Source: Macrostomum hystrix (lineage: Eukaryota > Animalia > Platyhelminthes). Taken from it: 64,000 nucleotides of DNA. The stretch spans positions 3,534,001 through 3,598,000 of the forward strand of contig CATNEN010000025.1 of NCBI GenBank assembly GCA_950097015.1, read 5' to 3'. The position numbers were made by a program, and so were the translations under genes. The notes below the pieces were generated by a model. It did not search any database. It had not been told where the DNA came from and saw only the letters and a program-made list of their open reading frames with translations. Numbering within the stretch: position 1 is the first letter of the stretch; each line of letters begins with the position of its first letter. Positions 10,701 to 22,700 of this stretch are shown piece by piece.

Positions 10701-13700
10701 AAGTCAGTTCTCTCTGACAAGTCAGTATTTTCTGACAAGTCAGTTCTCTCTGACAAGTCAGTTCTTTCTGACAAGTCAGTTCTCTCTGACAAGTCAGTTT
10801 TTTCTGACAGGCCAGTTCTGTCAAGCTGTCAATATGTCTAACAATAACAAGTCAACATGAAATGCTTTCTATAATCAAATGCAAGATATTTCTATTGGCA
10901 CCTTTTCTCCACCGCAGTCGTTGAATTTCGCCAGTCGCCTGCAGCGAGATCACTGGGTTCGCTACACTGAGAAGGGTGCCTCCGCGCTCTACAGAGTCAC
11001 CGAAGTTGACAGCAAGGAGGTCAGCATCAGATCTCTTAGTTTGCTCAACGTCACCAAAACTAAGGTCAAGCTGGACTCGCCTGAGCTTGAGTCGCCTCAG
11101 TTATCGGACCTGGCTAGCATGAGCGGTGAGTACACTCGTTCAGATCCTCAAATGTTGAAATCCATCAACGAGTTGACGATTCTTTAATTCTAAAAATACC
11201 TCTGTGAATCGTTGATCCCTTATCTTCAAAATCAATCGATTTTTCATCCCAAATCCCACCCCCACTCGCAGCCGCCTCGCTGGCCAATCCGGAGCTGCCG
11301 CTGCCCCGCTACCCGAGTCCCAACGCCTTGGGCTCCTGGAACAGCCGCTCCCTGCACAGACTCGTCAGCGACGAATCCTTTCTCTATGGCCACTCCTGCC
11401 AGCTCTTCAGGCATCGGACAGCAGTCGGACTGGGCTTGAGCACAGTCGGCTCGCTGCTGTCCGGAGCCAGTAGAACTGGCGCAGCGGGCGGCCTGCTGTG
11501 GGTGTTCCTGCCAGGCCGGGTGCACCGGGCCGGACTGCCAGATCTGGCCAGAGCCGACCAGCTCAGAGCCCACCTGCTGTGCAGCTGCGGCGAGCCGCAC
11601 CTCATTGACTCATCCGGCATCGGCCACTCGATGCCGTCGGCCCTCGAGTGCCACCAGAGTGCTCAATCGGCTGTGCGCCAGCTGTTCAGACACCGGGTGA
11701 GACACTGCGGACTCAGACTTAAACTGAGAGGTCCGGAGTTCGATTCTCAACCGATGGGAAAAAAATTAACAGTAGAACTACCAAAGGCCCCCAGACATTT
11801 CTGCACCTGAACAGAGCAACGCAAGCACCTTGCGAATCTTGAAGTCGCCGGCTCTTCAGACCGTCGAGATATTCGATGGTTCTGGACGAAGGTCGGATTT
11901 TTCCCATAAGCGCTAGTGTATTTCATACACCTCTATAGACGAATTAGCACTGCGCCTCAGTGCGGCCTTGCCAGGCCTTCAAACTTTATCAGCATGTCAC
12001 CCGAATGTGCCTGCATCATCTCCGTCTTCGGTGGTCACCTGCCTTTATCTAGACGGACTGCTGGACCTTCAAGGGCTACAACAGGTGGAACTAGGCCACT
12101 ATGGACACCCTGACGCGAATTTCTCCAATTTCACTGATCAAGCCTAAATATTAGGCGCAGCTCAACCACAGGACACCCTTGTCTAGTCTGTCAACCAATC
12201 AGTCACCACCCAACGTTGTTGGCATTCAGGCGCTGTCAAAAAAATTCTGGGTGGGAGAAATTTCCCCATTTTAGTATTTTTGGTATTTTTGGTTTAGAGC
12301 GAAGCGGCAAAACGGTTTGGTAGTCCTACTGTAAAATCAACATTTGAATAATGCCGCGCAAAAACTGCGTCTGTACCTCACCAACTTAAGCTATCGCCTT
12401 CCTCTCCTCCGCCGCAGCTTTCCGTTCCGTCGTATAAGCTACTGGCTGCCGGAGTCGACTCCGCTGCCCTCGACCAGGAGCTGCTGCAGTCGCGCCTGTG
12501 GATCGAGGCGGCCGTCAGGCGACACCTCCTGGACGGCTACGCGGCCGCCCACTGGCGCTACGTCAGCTCGGTGACGGCCGGCAACGCGGCCCTCTCCGCC
12601 ACCGCCAGCGCAGCCTCGGCTGCCGCCCTCGCAGCCACACCAGCCGGCGACAGCGAGGTGGACAAGCAGCAGCGCCAGCTGGTCCAGCAGCTACTGGCCG
12701 CCTACCTGACTGCGCCGCCAGCTACGGCTGAAGACAAGCTCTACAATGCTGGCCGATCTGCTCCGGCCGCCTGCCGGGCCCACATGCTGTGCCTGACCGA
12801 TGGTGGCCTGGACGAAGCTCTGGAGGCGGACCCGGCTGGAGGTCTGGCCAAGGCTCTGCGGCCGTACGCCGAGTGCGTCCGGACAGCCCGCCTAGTGGCC
12901 TCCAGCCGCCTGACCGACCCGGCCAGCCTATCAGAACTATCCTCACTCGAGTCGCTGGCTCTGGTGAAACTGTCCGGCCTGCGGACTCTCGGCTCGCCTG
13001 GCCAGCTGCCTTCTGGGAGATTGCGCAACCTGCAGGCGAGTCTGACGTCATGACCGTTGCTGGCGGGCAGTCTGAAGGCAGAATAGAGACAAGCAGGAAC
13101 AGGAGATCAAAGAGCAGGGCTGTTTAGGGGTGTGGTAGCGGTAGATCAAAGAGCTGGGCTGTTTAGGGGTGTGGTTGCGGAAGATCAAAGAGCAGGGCTG
13201 TTTAGGGGTGTGGTAGCGGTAGATCAAAGAGCAGGGTGTTTGGGAGGTGTGGTAGCGGTAGATCAAAGAGCAGGGCTGTTTAGGGGTGTGGTAGCGGTAG
13301 ATCAAAGAGCAAGGTGTTTGGGAGGTGTGGTAGCGGTAGATCAAAGAGCAGGGCTGTTTAGGGGTGTGGTAGCGGTAGATCAAAGAGCAGGCCGTTATTA
13401 ATTCACGCAGCGGTACTTTAAGTGACATTAAATGTGATGACAGAAAAGAATGCTGTGCATTATAATGCTGTGCATTACAATCCTAAAGCCTATGATCCCG
13501 TGCTGCAGGTGACGCAATGCGACCTGGAGTCAGCAGACGCAGCGGCCGCCTGTCCCAATCTAAAGAGCATAAGCCTGACTGCCACCCGCCTAACCTCGCT
13601 GCCCGACACCTGGAACTCGGACAGTCCGCTGGAGACCCTCACGATTGACTGCTGCCCGATGTCGGCACTGCCGCCAGGCCTTGGCCGACTGAGGCATCTT

Positions 13701-16700
13701 CGCGTCCTCCGCCTGTCGCAGCTGCCGCTCAGGACGCTGCCGCCGGAGCTGGCGGGCCTTCAGAGCCTGGAGGAGCTGGCTGTTGACGGCGTCGCCTGGC
13801 CGGAGAGCCTCATGGATGGCCTGACCAGCGGCAGTCAGGTTTGTCAGTTTTTACCGAACTTCAATTACTATGAGTAGTCTGGTGGAGACCCAAGGTCCCT
13901 GAGCTCGATTTCGCGGCGAGGCCACTTTCATTTGGGAGCCGCGGAGTGAAAGGTTGTGGTTTGTCGTAAAATTTGCGTCCTTGAGGGACAATCTCAAAGG
14001 CAGAGTGAAGTGTACACTGCCTTACGATGGGAATTCGGGGCAAATGTACACACCTGTGTGAGCGTATGCCTGCTTACAGTATCTGTGTTTGTGTGTGCTC
14101 AGGAGTCAGCGGAATTGGGTTGAAATTGACTCCTCGCTGGCTGCGGGTCTAGTGTCACCAAATGATGTTACTATGAGTAGTCCGTCATGCACTTAGAAGA
14201 ACTCAGTCTTAAAAGTCCTTTCGTCTTGTTTGAGTGTTTTAGTCTCACAAAAGTTCCATAGAAACTCATTAAACGAGTTCACATATCAACAATATTCCGA
14301 TTCATTTTCAAAGGTCTCTGACGGTCACAAATTTCTCACTGCCCTGCGTGGCGTTTCCATGGCAACCGGACCAGATCAACAGGCGCAGCAGCAGCGCTAT
14401 TTCAGCGCCCTGCTGACCGACGCTCAGGTGGCCAGCATCGCCCAGTCTGAGTCGCTGCCTGCCACCCTCGCACGACTGGTGCTCGAGCTGCCACGGCTTG
14501 GCGTTGATGCGCCACCAGAGGACGAATTTGGCGGCCTGCCGCCCTGCCTATTTGAGCTGGCCGGACTCACAACACTGCGCCTTACCTACCAGGTGAGCGG
14601 TAGCAGCATCTAGGCGTATGACCTACCAGTACAGGGTGTTTTGGGGGTGGGGCAGCGGTAGATCAAAGAGCAGGGTGTTTTGGGGGTGGGGCAGCGGTAG
14701 ATCAAAGAGCAGGGTGTTTTGGGGGTGGGGTAGTCTTAGATCAAAGAGCAGGGTGTTTTGGGGGTGGGGTAGCCTTAGATCAAAGAGCAGGGTGTTTTGG
14801 GGGTGGGGTAGCCTTAGATCAAAGAGCAGGGTGTTTTGGGGGTGGGGTAGCCTTAGATCAAAGAGCAGGGTGTTTTGGGGGTGGGGTAGCGGTAGATCAA
14901 AGAGCATGGCGATATTGATTCACGCAGCGGTACTTTAAGTGTGTTGATAGGAAAGAATTCTGGGCATTGTAATCTAAAATCATATAGATAATAATCTGCT
15001 GCAGGTGATACAATGTGGTGGTACCAGTTCAGGTGTATGACGATTGAGCTCGGTATGGTCTATCATTAGCCGGAATTCAAAAAGAAAAAAGTAAATTGGA
15101 CGTTCCCGCCTTTCCCAGGCCATTCGCCGCATCCCCGACGCGATCGTCCGACTGGGCCGGCTGAAGGTGCTGCAGTTGAGCAGCAATCCGCTGCTCGAGT
15201 CACTGTCGCCTCGGCTGTCTGAGCTGCCCGCCCTAAGTCACGTGGACGTCAACCGGTGCCCGGCTCTCCGCACGCCACCGTTGGAGGTGGTGCAGAGAGG
15301 CTCGGCCGCTCTGCTGAGCTACCTGAAGTTTCTGGCATCAGATCAGGTTGGGCTGAATGATTCTCTAAACCCTGGAACTTAAACTTATATTTCTATTATT
15401 TCTATTCCGTTCGCTTCGTTCAGAATCTTCACTACACATCGAAGCCTCAGCATGGAACCTTCAGAACATAGGCTTCTTTCTCCAGTCCCTGAAGCTTAAC
15501 ATAAAACCCAGACTGAATGAACTTTAGCCATTAGCAATAAGCTTTGCAATAATGACTGACTCCCTGATTAAAAAATGCCCAGGTGGAGTGCAAGCGCACC
15601 AAACTGATGTTTGTCGGCCTCGGCGGTGTTGGCAAGACCAGCCTGCTGCGCGCCCTGCGAAATCCGGACAACCGCACCATTCCAGTTGGCGTCGAGGAGA
15701 TCACAGACGGCATCGACATCGGCGACTGGACCATCGACATTGGCGACGGTAGCCAGCCGTTAAACTTCAGCACCTGGGATTTTGCCGGCCAGAAGGTGTA
15801 TTACAACACTCACCAGTTCTTCTTAACTCACCGCGCTGTGTACCTGCTGCTGTACACTGTCCGGACTGGCTATGAACACGCCGGCCTGGACTTCTGGCTT
15901 AGCTCCATCAGCAGCCACGCGCCCAACGCGCCAATCATTGTGATTGGCACGCATTCAGATCAGGTAAATAATGGCGTCATTACACTAGCACCGCCAGTTG
16001 TGTAAGTCTGTTTACCTTAGCAACGTCCCAAGAAATATTCCCACAAGGGTCAAGAAGGACGGGAAAGTACATTTCTTTGAAAAATTCTTGGTGCTACGGA
16101 GATAGGAAATATTTCACCTCTTTTGCACAAATGTAGTGAATTCGTTTAATAGGAAATAAAAGTGTTTAAAGGGCTAATCTTTTATTATTAACTTTTTATT
16201 TATAGCTTCATCGATTTCTGCCAAACTATATTTGGGAAAACCAAATGAAGATGACATTTTTCCGTTTCTGTACATGCCCTCCCCTGTTCCCAGGGGGAAA
16301 TATCGTGATCTTTCTACTGTTAGGCTCTCGAATCAAATAAACTAGCATTTAGTTTTCTCCATTCTCAGATCAGTGATCATGAGATAACTAGAAACTAATG
16401 TGTGGGCAAATCTTATGACCATCTGCTCACATTTCCTATATGGCCCACTGCCAGTTGTCACTGGCTAGTTTTTTTCGACTTGAACGTTTAAGATCTGAAA
16501 AATTCGTTAGAGCAACATGATGTAGGTTAATTATATCAAAATGTCTCATTCCCAAATGAGGAGGTTGCAGCCTAGTAGTTAGAGCGTTGGACTCAAGACT
16601 TCAAGGTCGGAGGTTCGATTCCCGACTCCACTGGCAAAATGTTTTTCCTTTAGCAAGACTCTGCATTTCATCAGTTCACCCAGCTACTAAATTGGTACCA

Positions 16701-19700
16701 AAATTAGCTGGGGTAATTGAGGGTGGGTGTGGCGTCCCCCCAGTTCATGGACTGAACAGCCGTACGCAGCCTTCAGGTGCGCCGCGCAATAGCTGCGGCT
16801 GTGCTGTCGGCTGCACATCTGACCCGATTGGGGCTGGTGTATCCAATAATAATAATTATAATTATTATTGCATTCCCAAAACAACAGGTAGAGAAGGGCG
16901 ACACGCTGCCGCAGGACACGTACAGGTCGCGCTATCCCCAGATACACAGCTTCCACCAGGTGTCTTCGCACACCGGCGCGGGCATATCCGAACTGCGCAG
17001 AGAGCTAGTCCAGGTGGCCCTCAACCAGCCCTACATGAACGAGAGCGTGCCGAGGCTGTTCCTGGACTTCGAGGAGCGCCTAATGGAGAAGCGAACTCGG
17101 GAGCGCCAGAACATCCTGGACTGGGGCGAGGTGAGCAGCCTGGCCCAGCAACACGGCCTCTACGAGGAGAAGCACGTGCGCCAGGCCGTGAACTTTCTTA
17201 ACGACATCGGCTCCATCCAGTACTTCGACACTGAGTTCTTGCGCCAGAAGGTGGTCATCAATCCGAAGTGGATTGTCGACGTCATGGCCTGCGTGGTTAG
17301 CGTGAAGAATTCACCGATTCAGGTGCGTCTGCACTTTTTCAATTAGTATGTACATTCTTTCGCCTTTGTCAGCGAGAATGTGCGTTCGCTCTCTGATCAC
17401 TTATCAGCTAGAAGTGATAGACCATCAGCTAGAATGTACATTCGCCCTCTAACCATTTATCAGCTAGAATGTACATTCGCCCTCTAACTATTTATCAGCT
17501 AGAATGTACGAGTACCTTCGCTCTTTGACGATTTATCGGCCGGAATGTACATTAGCTCCTAGACCATTTATCGGCCGGAATGTACATTAGCTTCTAGACA
17601 TTTATTGCTGGAATGTACATTAGCTTCTAGACCATTTATCGGCCGGAATGTACATTAACTCCTAGACCATTTATCGGCCGGAATGTACATTAACTCCTAG
17701 ACCATTTATCGGCCGGAATGTACATTAACTCCTAGACCATGTATCGGCCGGAATGTACATTAGCTTCTTGTCCATTTATCGTCTGAAAAGTATTTTCCTT
17801 CTTGGGACTAATTTTCATTTATCCTGGCCTTCAGCCTTAATTGATCTAACTAAAAAAACACTTCAAACTTCTTGCAGAAAGGCCAGCTAAAAAAGTCCGA
17901 CGTGCCAGTTGTTTGGGCAAAGTTCGACCCCGCTCTGCACGACTGGCTGCTCAAGCTCACTGAAGCCTTTGACCTGACCTACCCGATGCAGGGCGACTGC
18001 AATATGGTGCCATGTCTGCTGCCAGAGGAAACACCAAATGTGAGACACGTCTCTATGACCAGATAGAGAGACACGTCTCTATGACCAGATAGAGAGACAC
18101 GTCTCTATGACCAGATAGAGAGACACGTCTCTATGACCAGATAGAGAGACACGTCTCTATGACCAGATTAACCCGCCCAATGACCAGATAGAGACCTGTC
18201 TCTCACCCCGCAATGCCGAATTTGCAGTACGTGTTTCCGCCTCCAATCGCCGACGGCAGCGACTGCAGTCTGGCCCGATTCATCTACCAGTTCGAGTACC
18301 TGCCAGCCGGTCTGTTCAACCGGGCCCAGGTGCGGCTGTTCGAGTTCACTGATAGCACCACCGTGTGGAAGCGGGGCTCCCTATTGCGAAAGAACAACCA
18401 CGAGGCGGTCATTGTTATGGACGAGTGAGTTTTTAATTTCCAAGTCTATTTCTATAATAGTTCCGCGCTTTACAATGAACTAACTTTCAAAGATGTCCGA
18501 TGTCAGCATCGTCGGGATATTCAGAGATTTTTGTCGAATACCCTGGCGACAACAAAATGCCAATGTTTTGTGATTCTGGAAGTTTTTGTATCGAATAGAC
18601 TGGAAAATTTTAGGCCGTGTTCTGCATTTTCAAGGCGATTGGTTGACAATTTTAGGAGAAGCATAAAATAGAAAAAATGTGAATATTTGAACAACCCGTG
18701 GTCTACTGTTAAAAGCCACACAGGACGCTCTATAGGGATATGAAGAGGAAAGCGATATAGATCTAGATCCAATCTGTTAGCTTGAAGACACTTTTTATCT
18801 CCCTGACCGTCCATCGCAGCAAGCAGCGCCTGAGCATCTCAGTGTTCGGCCCCAAGCCTGAGAATGTCCTGTTTATGATTCGCGACGTCATCGACGGCCT
18901 CATCCAGGAGACATTCCAGGGTGTCCACTACGATGAGATTCTGCCCTGCCCGGAGTGCCTAAACTCGCCCGGGGCCACCGAGGCCGAGATAAGCCTCATC
19001 CGCGTGGCAACAGTTCGCAAAGCCAGCTCCAAGCAGGTGGCGTTCCTTCAGTGCTCCCAGGAGTTCCACATCCTCAACCTCAGCCAGCTGCTGGCCGCCG
19101 TGCCTCCAGTCAGCGTTGCCGACTTCGATCATCAGCTGGAGCAGAGCCTGCTGCAGCTGCGTCGGGTCAGGCTCGAGATGAACCGCGACCTCTGCCTGCT
19201 GTTCTGCGTCTCTGACTATCCAGACGGACCGCGCGGCGAGATGGCCGGCCTAGTCAGCCCGGATATTGTGCTGCAGAAGATGGAGGCAGAGGGATTCACT
19301 TGGTGAGCCTGATCCCAACCAGCCTGATCCCAACCAGCCTGATCCCAACCAGCCTGATCCCAACCAACCTGATCCTCAACCAGCCTGATCCCAACCAGCC
19401 TGATCCCAACCAGCCTGATCCCAACCAGCCTGATCCCAACCAGCCTGATCCCAACCAGCCTGATCCCAACCAACCTGATCCTCAACCAGCCTGATCCCAA
19501 CCAGCCTGATCCCAACCAGCCTGATCCCAACCAGCCTGATCCCAACCAGCCTGATCCCAACCAGCCTGATCCCAACCAACCTGATCCTCAACCAGCCTGA
19601 TCCCAACCAGCCTGATCCCAACCAGCCTGATCCCAACCAGCCTGATCCCAACCAGCCTGATCCCAACCAGCCTGATCCCAACCAACCTGATCCTCAACCA

Positions 19701-22700
19701 GCCTGATCCCAACCAGCCTGATCCCAACCAACCTGATCCCAACCAGCCTGATCCCAACCAGCCTGATCCCAACCAGCCTGATCCCAACCAACCTGATCCC
19801 CAACTAGCCTGATCCCCAACTAGCCTGATCCCAACCAGCCTGATCCCCAACCAGCATGATACCAACCAGCCTGATCCCAACCAGCCTGATCCCAACCAGC
19901 CTGATCCCAACCAGCCTGATCCCCAACCAGCCTGATCCCCAACCAGTCTGATCCCCAACCAGTCTGATCCCCCAGATGATTCCAAAACAGCCTGATCCCC
20001 AACCAGCCTGATCCCAACCAGCCTGATCCCCAACCAGCCTGATCCCCAACCAGCCTGATCCCCAACCAGCCTGATCCCCAACCAGCCTGATCCCCATCCA
20101 GAGCCTAGTCCTCACGCCTTTGCTTTCAGCTACCCAATCGATCAGGACCTGCTCGAGGACCGGCTGCTTCAGGTGAAGGACTGCAAGGTGCTGCTGGTAT
20201 TTTTGTCGAAGGCCTTCACAGAGGATGAGGCGTGCCGCGGCATGTTCATCAACGCCAAGAACATCCTGCGCAAGCGGATGATCTTCATCAGCGTCGGCGC
20301 AGACAAGTCCTGGCGGGACAGCAACGACGTCGCTTTCCTAGTTGGCGCCGACAAATACATTGACTTCACCGCCGGCAAGAAGGATGTCCTGGCGTCGAAA
20401 TACGCCGAACTAATCGTCGACGTGAAGTCAGCGTTGGCCACGGCTCGCCAGTCGGACTCGGAGCTGCTGGGCAAGGACGTGTTCATCTCCTACTGCTGGG
20501 CCAACTCACATGACGCCGTTTCCAAGGGAACCCGGAACGGTGTGCTGGGCTGTCCGGACAGCGATCCCAGGAGGGTGGCCGCCAGGCTGCAGGACAGGGG
20601 CATCCACTGCTGGCTGGATGTCAAGGATATCGGCGCGGTGAGGCTTGGTTTGGTGGCGTTGTTTCTACTGCTCGAAGAATTTGTATTCTTGAGCACTGAT
20701 TCGTGCTCAGGTATAATCAGAAAAATATTCGCACGTGGGACTCAGATTCAGTCCACATTGAGATTGAGCACAAATGAGATTGAGCACACATTGAGATTGA
20801 GCACACATTGAGATTGAGCACACATTGAGATTAAGCACACATTCGCACCGACTGCAGCGCAGCCTATTCGAGGACATCAGTGACGGCCTGCGTCAGTGCT
20901 CTGTTGTGCTGGCATTCGCCAGTAACGAGTACCAGCGCAGCGCCAACTGCATGATGGAGTACCGCTTCGCGTCTCGCAACTTGCGCAAGCCCCTAGTGAT
21001 GGCCATTGTGGGCGAGTCGTTGGACTTCAAAACCCAGGAGCTTGGCATGCTCAGCATGGGCCTAGACGAATTCGACTTCCGCCACGAGGTCAAGGAGTCG
21101 CACTTCGACCGAATGGTTGGACGGCTCAAGCAGCTGCTGGAGGAGCAGAAGAAGAAGAAGAAAGAGCAGGAGGTCGAGGCACAGGCCGGCAAGTCGACCG
21201 CAAAGACGGCAACGGCTGCCAACACAGCCGGGCCGCAGAGCAGGCGGGGCCTTTTCAGGGAGGAGGCGGAGCTGGCACAGAGGCGATTCCTGAAGCAGTT
21301 TCAGCAGCACCACGGAATGCCGCGCCTTCTGGTGTTGGACTTCGCTGATGTGGCTGCATTCAACGAAAGCTCAGCTAGCGAAGAAGACAGAGACATGCAG
21401 CTGGTGAGGCTGGGTGGGGTTGGGGGACAGGCAGCTGGTGAGGCTGGGTGGGGTTGGGGGACAGGCAGCTGGTGAGGCTGGGTGGGGTTGGGGGACAGGC
21501 AGCTGGTGAGGCTGGGTGGGGTTGGGGGACAGGCAGCTGGTGAGGCTGGGTGGGGTTGGGGGACAGGCAGCTGGTGAGGCTGGGTGGGGTTGGGGGACAG
21601 GCAGCTGGTGAGGCTGGGTGGGGTTGGGGGACAGGAAGCTGGTGAGGCTGGGTGGGGTTGGGGGACAGGAAGCTGGTGAGGCTGGGTGGGTTTGGGGGAC
21701 AGGCAGCTGGTGAGGCTGGGTGGGGTTGGGGGACAGGCAGCTGGTGAGGCTGGGTGGGGTTGGGGGACAGACAGCTGGTGAGGCTGAGGGGGGCAGATAA
21801 AGTTCTATATTTTCCTTAAGGTTTATTCTAATTAAATAATTACCGCATTTAATTGCAGGATGTCATCAAAGTTCTGTGCGAAAACGAGCAGGTAAACAAT
21901 TGTTCTCAACCTACTATGCTACTTGTATCCACAAACAGTAGTATGAATTGGGACAGATTTCAAATTCGAACAGGGCTGGCACGTGCATGGACCGGGCGTT
22001 GAGTTACACGGCATGTCATCGGACACCCGAGCTCTGCTGCTATCTTCCACCTCCGCTTACCTGTTGAGAATCTACGCACTGCTGCAGACTAGCGGCATTC
22101 CATTGAATTGCCTGGACGGACGGCGCGGAGGCGTCGCTGGAGGCGGCGCTGGAGGCGGCGGTGAAGGCGGGGTTGGCGCTGGAGGCAGCGTTGGAGCAGC
22201 AAAGATAGGCGATGGCGTTGGAGCTGACGACAATGGCGAGGACTTCATGCAGCAGATTCGCTCGGAGGCATCGGCAACTTCGCAGTCATTCGCGGAAGCT
22301 TATCAGAACATGCAGAACCTCTTCCTGCGGCACAACGGTGAGGCAACTGTCACTCTCCGTGACCTTCAGTCACTCTCCGTGACCTTCAGTCACTCTCCGT
22401 GACCTTCAGTCACTCTCCGTGACCTTCAGTCACTCTCCGTGACCTTCAGTCACTCTCCGTGACCTTCAGTCACTATCCGTGACCTTCAGTCACTCTCCGT
22501 GACCTTCAGTCACTCTCCGTGACCTTCAGTCACTCTCCGTGACCTTCAGTCACTCTCCGTGACCTTCAGTCACTCTCCGTGACCTTCAGTCACTATCCGT
22601 GACCTTCAGTCACTCTCCGTGACCTTCAGTCACTCTCCGTGACCTTCAGTCACTCTCCGTGACCTTCAGTCACTCTCCGTGACCTTCAGTCACTCTCCGT

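Noticed and set aside
16562-16640. tRNA genes at the A/B-box motifs (also 32138, 34390, 40225, 60880)
   Set aside because: Each runs into a shared SINE body and tail and lacks a complete cloverleaf.
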